Part shown: one piece after another, positions 58,479 through 64,000 of the stretch | Layout: the number at the start of each line of letters is the position of its first letter | Numbering within the stretch: position 1 is the stretch's first letter | NCBI GenBank assembly: GCA_024698805.1 | Contig: JAILQT010000114.1 | Span: 9,437-73,436, forward strand | DNA length: 64,000 nt | Reading direction: 5' to 3' | DNA from: Solobacterium sp. | Lineage (GTDB): Bacteria; Bacillota_I; Bacilli_A; Erysipelotrichales; Erysipelotrichaceae | The notes under the pieces: model-generated | Databases searched by the model: none | What the model saw: only the letters and a program-made list of their open reading frames with translations | Told to the model about the DNA's origin: nothing | Program-made: the position numbers and the translations under genes

Positions 58479-59624
58479 ATGAACAACTGGATGATGATCA
58501 TTCTGTCAGCGCTGCTGTGCGGCGGCTGCGGCCTGGCTGCCGGCGAGGCAATCGCAACGATCCTGCCGGAAAACGCAGGCTTGCCGCATCTGATCATTCT
58601 GGCAGCACTGATACTTGTCATTTTTTACATGACCTTCCTGATCCAGACTGCGATCCATGAAGGCGGTCACCTGGTGTTCGGCAGGCTGAGCGGCTACAGT
58701 TTCGTGTCTTACCGCTTCGCCGACCTGATGTGGAAGCGTGAAAACGGCAGGGTGGCCTTCAGGAGGTTCTCCCTGACAGGGACTGCAGGGCAGTGCCTGA
58801 TGGAGCCTCCCGGTACTGTCGACGATGATGTGCCTTTTGTACTCTATAATATGGGCGGCGTGATCGCCAATGCCGTTACGGCAGTCCTCTTCTTCCTGGC
58901 GGGATCGCTGTGTTCCGAACACGGCCTTCTGTGGGCGTTCTGGATGATGCTTGCCATCCACGGTATCCAGCAGGCGCTGATGAACGGGCTTCCCTTCATC
59001 ACGACGCCGATCAACAATGACGCGAAGAATACGCTTGAGCTCAGGCGGAACAGGAACGCGCTGCGGCCGTACCTGATACAGCTGAAAGTCACGGCACTGG
59101 CCAGTGACGGTGTCCGCATGAAGGATATGCCGGAAGAATGGTTCAAGCTGCCTGCACCGGAGGAAATGAGCGATGCGCTCAGTGCCTCTGTCGGCCTCAT
59201 GGCACAGAACAGGCTGATGGACGAGCACCGTTTCCATGAAGCCGCACAGCTGTGCCATATCCTCACAGAGGAGGCGAAGGGGCTGCTGAAGCTCCACCAG
59301 ATCCTCCTTAAGGAAGACCTGGTATTCCTGCGGCTGCTCAATGAAGATCCCGGCGGGATAAACGAGATCCGGACGAAGACGTTTATGAATGAGATCCGGA
59401 CCGTACAGAACAGCCTGTCCGTGATCCGTACGGAATTCGCCTGCGCCCTGTTCGCGGACGATACGGGAAGGGCGTACAAACTGCTGAAGCTGTTTGAAAA
59501 AACGGCGCAGAACTATCCGTATACCGGGGAGATCGAGACCGAGAGGGAACTGATCCGCTATGCGCAGGGATACAGGTCCTGCATGAAAAAGGAAGAACAG
59601 AAAGAGAATCAGGAAACTGCATGA
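58479..59624 (+). CDS. M50-family membrane metallopeptidase-like protein
   Basis: TM helices, HEGGH, GG.IAN, NDA. Confidence 0.8.
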   Translation: MNNWMMIILSALLCGGCGLAAGEAIATILPENAGLPHLIILAALILVIFYMTFLIQTAIHEGGHLVFGRLSGYSFVSYRFADLMWKRENGRVAFRRFSLTGTAGQCLMEPPGTVDDDVPFVLYNMGGVIANAVTAVLFFLAGSLCSEHGLLWAFWMMLAIHGIQQALMNGLPFITTPINNDAKNTLELRRNRNALRPYLIQLKVTALASDGVRMKDMPEEWFKLPAPEEMSDALSASVGLMAQNRLMDEHRFHEAAQLCHILTEEAKGLLKLHQILLKEDLVFLRLLNEDPGGINEIRTKTFMNEIRTVQNSLSVIRTEFACALFADDTGRAYKLLKLFEKTAQNYPYTGEIETERELIRYAQGYRSCMKKEEQKENQETA

Positions 59625-59690
59625 ACAGTCTCCTGATTTTTTGGTGTGCAGGATACAGAAAAAGCGGCAGGTTCCAAACTGCCGCCAGAA

Positions 59691-60179
59691 TCAGTGTTTC
59701 AGTACCAGGCGCATCTGGTGCCAGCTCACGCCCCCGTGTTCGGAGGAAGAGATGCCTTCGTCTTCAAATCCGAACCGTTCGTAGAAATGGATCTTCTCTT
59801 CCAGACATGTCAGGACCAGCCCCGTGCGTCCCTGTCTGCGGGCTTCCGAGATGAACTGCCGCATCAGGATGGAGGCGTATCCTTTCCTCCGGTATGCGGG
59901 CAGCGTGTCCACCCCGAAGACCATCTGCCACCTGCCGCTTTCCCTGTGCATGCGCGGACTGGAATACATCTCATCCGTGAGATCTTCCTGATCGGTGACG
60001 AAGCCGTTGATGAAGGAAACGATCTTCCCGTCTTCGATCAGCAGCAGGAAATGCCGGGGATAGAACTTCAGCCTTTTTTCGATCGTTTCAAGGGAAGCGG
60101 CCTTACCAGGGGGAAAACACTCTGCTTCGATCGCCGCGAGCTCAAACAGGTCGGTGTCTCTTGCGGTGCGGATGATCAT
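59691..60179 (-). CDS. GNAT family N-acetyltransferase
   Basis: IEAECFP, YRRKGYA, LTC...FYERFGF. Confidence 0.92.
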   Translation of the reverse strand: MIIRTARDTDLFELAAIEAECFPPGKAASLETIEKRLKFYPRHFLLLIEDGKIVSFINGFVTDQEDLTDEMYSSPRMHRESGRWQMVFGVDTLPAYRRKGYASILMRQFISEARRQGRTGLVLTCLEEKIHFYERFGFEDEGISSSEHGGVSWHQMRLVLKH

Positions 60180-61084
60180 TTCTCAAAGCACTTCCGTATG
60201 AATGCGTCGACTGTATCGAGGACTGCGTCGGACCAGAATTCCGCACCGCCGTGGTCAGCGCCTCTGACCAGGTACATCTGTACGTCGTGATGCGTCTTTT
60301 TCATCTGCTCATACAGACGCACGCTGCATTCCGGATGGACAGTCCTGTCTTTTGTGCCGTGCAGGATCAGCGTCGGCGGGATGACCGTGGCTGCCGTGAT
60401 ATTGCATTCAACGGACATCTTTCTGCGCATTTCTTCATTTTCACGAAGATCGATATGTCCTGCCTCCATGCCTTCCGGGCTTTCCGGCGTCAGATGTTCG
60501 GGCGTGCTCGGATTGGAATATTCAAACATGAAGCTGGTAGAACCGTAATAGTCGATGATGCCGGACGTCTCGGCGCTGTACCCGGGGTACAGGTCATCTT
60601 TTGACCCGTCATTATGCGTAAACCCGGCATAGACTGCGGTATGGCCGCCGGAAGAACTGCCGGACATGATCATCCTTTCCGGATCGATCCTGTACTGCGC
60701 CGCGTTTTTGCGCAGGAAGCGGACAGCGTTCCTCGCATCGATGACCGGGGCGGGGAAGGAAGCGATGCCGGAATGCCTGTATTCGACGACAGCGACGACA
60801 TAGCCCCTCGCCGCAAGCCTGCTGAGATCGGGGATCCCCATATATAAGTGCTGTTTCTTCCATGCGCTGCCCTGTACATAGACGACGCACGGTCTCAGAC
60901 CGGTCTGGTCATTCCTGGAGAAGGGCACAAGGATCTGCAGGTGCAGATCGGCTTCAGGCATCTGCGCATAAACGACATTATCGAAATAACATACGCCAAC
61001 TTCGTCGCCGGTACTCGGGATCACGTCAATATGATCGTTCACATATTCGGGATATTCATCATATGTCCATTTTTTCAGTTCCAT
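60176..61084 (-). CDS. alpha/beta hydrolase (esterase)
   Basis: QGSAW oxyanion motif, GSSSGG nucleophile, HGTKD, GADHG. Confidence 0.92.
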   Translation of the reverse strand: MELKKWTYDEYPEYVNDHIDVIPSTGDEVGVCYFDNVVYAQMPEADLHLQILVPFSRNDQTGLRPCVVYVQGSAWKKQHLYMGIPDLSRLAARGYVVAVVEYRHSGIASFPAPVIDARNAVRFLRKNAAQYRIDPERMIMSGSSSGGHTAVYAGFTHNDGSKDDLYPGYSAETSGIIDYYGSTSFMFEYSNPSTPEHLTPESPEGMEAGHIDLRENEEMRRKMSVECNITAATVIPPTLILHGTKDRTVHPECSVRLYEQMKKTHHDVQMYLVRGADHGGAEFWSDAVLDTVDAFIRKCFEK

Positions 61085-61120
61085 GATCATCCTCCGTTTA
61101 TGAAATCATTGTATGCCAGT

Positions 61121-61174
61121 TTCAGGAAAACTTCACATAAAATACAGCTGCTGTACGCATATGCCCGGTATCCT
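61121..61174 (+). promoter_or_regulatory. direct-repeat operator plus -10 box (sRNA locus B)
   Basis: TTCAGG 61121, TTCACA 61132, TATCCT 61169. Confidence 0.6.
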
Positions 61175-61180
61175 TGTAAC

Positions 61181-61260
61181 TGTCAGATGGAAACATCTGT
61201 TAAAAATACAAATCCTTTCCCCCTTTTCAAAAGAAAACGGCTGCGGCCGTTTTCTTTTTC
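61181..61260 (+). ncRNA. candidate csRNA-like small RNA B
   Basis: CAGATG-GAAA-CATCTG hairpin, ATCCTTTCCCCCTTTTC tract, AAAAGAAAACGGC...GCCGTTTTCTTTT terminator; paralogous to 63014-63089. Confidence 0.6.
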
Positions 61261-61267
61261 TGAACGG

Positions 61268-62491
61268 TCACCCCGCAGCCTTGAAGTTGTATACGGGCCT
61301 GATGATCTGTATGATCTCGATGTTTTCCGCGATATTGCCGATGATGCCGGCGCTGTCCTTGTAGGCGGCAGGGGCTTCATCGATCACGGACTCGACGACC
61401 GTGGAGGAGAAAATACCTTCCATTGACTGACGGAAGTCCTCCATGGACAGGTTCTTGACAGCAGCGCTGCGGGACATCTTCCTTCCCGCACCGTGCGGAC
61501 CGGAACAGTTCCAGTCGGGATTTCCTTTTCCTTTGCCGAGGATGCAGCCGTCGCGCATATTCAGGGGGATGATGACATTCTCGCCTTTTTCCGCGGAGAT
61601 CGCGCCTTTGCGCAGGATCCTTTTATCCGTGTCGATGTAGTTGTGGATGCAGTGCCAGAAATCATATTCCTGCAGTCTGCTGCCGAAATAGGCGTGAAGG
61701 ATGATATCCGCGATCATTTCCCTGTTTGTCTTCGCGAATTCCTGCGAGAGCTTCATATCATGAAGATAGTCTTCCAGATCCCCGCCTTCCAGTACGGCAA
61801 GGTCAGGTTTCCTCTCACTGAATCTCCTTTTGTATTCATTCTTCAGATCCTTCAGGGCGCCGGCGATCTCCCCTGACCTGCCTTCCTCCTTCAGCTTCAG
61901 GATCAGCTGCTCACCGGCTTCATGCAGGGCGGTTTTGCCGTATGCCATCTTTTCATGGGCCTTTTCCATATAGATCTCACAGACCTGCTTGCCGAGGTTG
62001 CGCGAACCTGTATGGATCACAAGGTATTCGCTTCCGTCATCCGCGCGGTCGATCTCGATGAAATGGTTCCCGCCGCCAAGTGTGCCGAGGGAACAGATCA
62101 GGTATTCCCTGTTTTTCAGGCTGCCGAAACACTTCAGTCCGGAGATGTCATAATCGATGACCGCTTTTTCATGCGCGGACATGCCGGCAGGGACGTATCT
62201 GTGAATGACCGCATCCAGTTTCTCAAAGTCATCGATTGTCTCTTTCAGGGGGACGACGAGCATCCCGCAGCCGATATCGACGCCGACAAGGTTCGGGCAT
62301 GCCCTGTCCGTGATATGCATGGTCGTACCGATCGTGCACCCTTTCCCGGCATGGACGTCGGGCATGAAGCGGGGATGGGAATCCTTCGCAAAAGGCTGGT
62401 CCAGCAGTTCCCGGATCTGGGCAAGCGCCTGTTCTTCGATGTCGTCCGTAAATACTTTCGCTTCCGCGTAATCTCCTTTTATTTCGATCAT
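61268..62491 (-). CDS. rtcB: RtcB RNA 3'-phosphate/5'-OH ligase
   Basis: MPDVHAG, VGVDIGCG, GTLGGGNHF, HTGSR, HNY, RKGA, SGPHGAGR, DEAPAAYK. Confidence 0.96.
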   Translation of the reverse strand: MIEIKGDYAEAKVFTDDIEEQALAQIRELLDQPFAKDSHPRFMPDVHAGKGCTIGTTMHITDRACPNLVGVDIGCGMLVVPLKETIDDFEKLDAVIHRYVPAGMSAHEKAVIDYDISGLKCFGSLKNREYLICSLGTLGGGNHFIEIDRADDGSEYLVIHTGSRNLGKQVCEIYMEKAHEKMAYGKTALHEAGEQLILKLKEEGRSGEIAGALKDLKNEYKRRFSERKPDLAVLEGGDLEDYLHDMKLSQEFAKTNREMIADIILHAYFGSRLQEYDFWHCIHNYIDTDKRILRKGAISAEKGENVIIPLNMRDGCILGKGKGNPDWNCSGPHGAGRKMSRSAAVKNLSMEDFRQSMEGIFSSTVVESVIDEAPAAYKDSAGIIGNIAENIEIIQIIRPVYNFKAAG

Positions 62492-62678
62492 GATTACCTC
62501 CTTTCCTTTCTTTCCCGATGCAGGTGCCGATACAAGTCCATCGATCTTTCGGCGTCATTTTCTCTGTCCGTGCGCCGCATCCGCACATTGGACAGGAACA
62601 TTAACTGCAGACCCTGCGGAGGCCTGCAGAGGACTGTGATCCCTGCAGAGGGGAAAGAAATGAATCAACAAATATAAG

Positions 62679-62713
62679 AAAAGCAGGAATCCGGGCATGC
62701 CGGGCTCCTGCTT
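62679..62713 (-). terminator. terminator/attenuator in the rtcB leader
   Basis: Minus strand AGCAGGAGCCCGG-CATG-CCCGGATTCCTGCTTTT. Confidence 0.7.
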
Positions 62714-62770
62714 CGCTGATCTGGTCTGTTATTGAAAAGCTGCATTCTTTCCGTAAACAGTCTTTGATCA

Positions 62771-62866
62771 TCAAAGATCCGGCATGCACAAAACCGCGGG
62801 TGAATAACTGCGTTCATCCAGCGTCCGGAGGATATTCGGCGTGCATGCGTGTTTTACAGTGAACAT
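62771..62866 (-). CDS. putative 31-aa leader peptide upstream of rtcB
   Basis: AAAGGAG RBS; MFTVKHACTPNILRTLDERSYSPAVLCMPDL. Confidence 0.5.
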   Translation of the reverse strand: MFTVKHACTPNILRTLDERSYSPAVLCMPDL

Positions 62867-62889
62867 GTAGTTTCTCCTTTTCCAATACC

Positions 62890-62918
62890 ATGTTAATACC
62901 TTATAAGGTGTTATGCAA
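62890..62918 (-). promoter_or_regulatory. sigma-A promoter with palindromic operator in the spacer
   Basis: TTGCAT-N17-TAACAT; TAATACCTTATAAGGTGTTA palindrome at 62894-62913. Confidence 0.65.
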
Positions 62919-62953
62919 CAGCCATTTGCAGAGAAATGACTGTATTTTGCGAA

Positions 62954-63007
62954 TTCATACAGAATTCACATTGGATACACTTTATGATCAGACAGATCGG
63001 ATATCCT
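62954..63007 (+). promoter_or_regulatory. direct-repeat operator plus -10 box (sRNA locus C)
   Basis: TTCATA 62954, TTCACA 62965, TATCCT 63002. Confidence 0.6.
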
Positions 63008-63013
63008 TGAAAC

Positions 63014-63089
63014 TGTCAGATGGGAACATCTGTAAAATTCCAATCTTTTCCCCTTTCAAAAGAAAACGGCTCCGGCTGTTTTTCTTTTT
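63014..63089 (+). ncRNA. candidate csRNA-like small RNA C
   Basis: CAGATG-GGAA-CATCTG hairpin, ATCTTTTCCCCTTTC tract, terminator; no convergent gene needs this terminator. Confidence 0.6.
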
Positions 63090-63192
63090 GGATATACGCT
63101 CCCCAATCTTAAGATCCGGATCCGCATCCTGTGCTATCATGAAGTTATACAGATCATACTGCCCACGGCATATGCAGAAGCGGAGAGGGGAA

Positions 63193-64000
63193 ATGAAAAA
63201 GATACGGACGACAGCTGTGATATTCCTGCTTGCCATCCTTTTCGCTGTGCCGCTGATCCGCTGCAGTACGTATCCCGTGCAGGAAGTCCATGCGCAGACG
63301 GAGACCGAAGCGGGATGGCGGAAAAACAAAAAGGGCTGGTGGTATAGGAACGCGGACGGATCCTGGCCCGCAGGCCGGTGGATGCGGATCGACGGGAAAT
63401 GGTACCACTTCGACGAAAAGGGATATATGCAGACAGGATGGCTCAAAACCGGCGGGTCCTGGTATTACCTGAAAAAGGGCGGCGCCATGCATACCGGCTG
63501 GGTAAAAAGCAGCGGGAAATGGTATTACCTGTCCAAAAGCGGGCGGATGCAGAAAAACAGATGGATCAAGACCGGCGGATACTGGTATTACCTGAAGCAG
63601 AACGGTGCCATGCATACCGGCTGGCTGGAATATAAGAACGACCGGTATTACCTGCTCGGCTCCGGCAGGATGGCAGTTGGTGAAACTGAGATCGGCGGGG
63701 AAATATACAGCTTTGACGCAAACGGCGCCCTGGTCACGGATCCGGCGGAAAATGACGGGGAGCTGTTCAAGGTGCGCCTGCAGATACCGCAGTCCGTCCA
63801 GGAGAACGGTCATTACTGCGGGCCCGCATGCCTGCAGATGGCGCTTTCCTATAAGGGGATCGAAAAGACGCAGGATGAACTTGCGCATGAACTCAATACG
63901 TCCATGGTGACCGGTACGGAATATGCGGATATGGCCAGGGTGCTGAACACATACCTGTTCGGCTGCGAGGTGCCGCAAAGCGGACAGCCCGGATACCGGG
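63193..64000 (+). CDS. secreted cell-wall-binding-repeat protein with C39-like cysteine peptidase domain (partial, runs off the window)
   Basis: MKKIRTTAVIFLLAILF signal; GW..WYYL...GAM repeats; QENGHYCGPACLQMAL...TQDELA. Confidence 0.88.
   Translation, partial: MKKIRTTAVIFLLAILFAVPLIRCSTYPVQEVHAQTETEAGWRKNKKGWWYRNADGSWPAGRWMRIDGKWYHFDEKGYMQTGWLKTGGSWYYLKKGGAMHTGWVKSSGKWYYLSKSGRMQKNRWIKTGGYWYYLKQNGAMHTGWLEYKNDRYYLLGSGRMAVGETEIGGEIYSFDANGALVTDPAENDGELFKVRLQIPQSVQENGHYCGPACLQMALSYKGIEKTQDELAHELNTSMVTGTEYADMARVLNTYLFGCEVPQSGQPGYR

Noticed and set aside
61168-63089. Direct repeats as attL/attR or IS ends of a mobile rtcB element
   Set aside because: No integrase or transposase, and divergence tracks RNA structure and promoter boxes rather than a recombination core.

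Overview
A 64-kb gene-dense chromosomal window from an anaerobic Bacillota genome; gene content is compatible with a gut/rumen Erysipelotrichaceae-type organism (inference, not determined). I found no rRNA, tRNA, CRISPR array, transposase or prophage. It runs from tpiA-eno through fatty-acid, transport, metal and potassium homeostasis genes to gdhA, rtcB and a partial cell-wall C39-like peptidase. Two candidate undescribed systems stand out. (1) A lipid locus at 5.6-12.1 kb: a close homologue of the Cutibacterium acnes PUFA isomerase PAI (trans-10,cis-12 CLA-forming) lies co-oriented with a CrtI/RetSat-like FAD oxidoreductase and an FAD/NAD/2Fe-2S reductase, divergent from an acyl ligase-ACP-thioesterase operon. 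This is a candidate trans-10 biohydrogenation cluster. (2) Three ORF-less ~75-nt units (26.8, 61.2, 63.0 kb) share one architecture: a TTCAnn-N5-TTCACA direct repeat, a -10 box starting exactly 37 nt after the start of the second box, TGTC, a hairpin, a CU-rich anti-SD-like tract and a terminator. This suggests a csRNA-like small-RNA regulon. Also noted: a stand-alone Card1-like CARF nuclease, an rtcB leader with uORF and attenuator, KdpDE coupled to KtrAB, a His/Asp tandem-repeat COG0523 GTPase, a macrodomain-HTH/vWA pair and several likely leaderless genes. All functional calls come from motif recognition without database searches.
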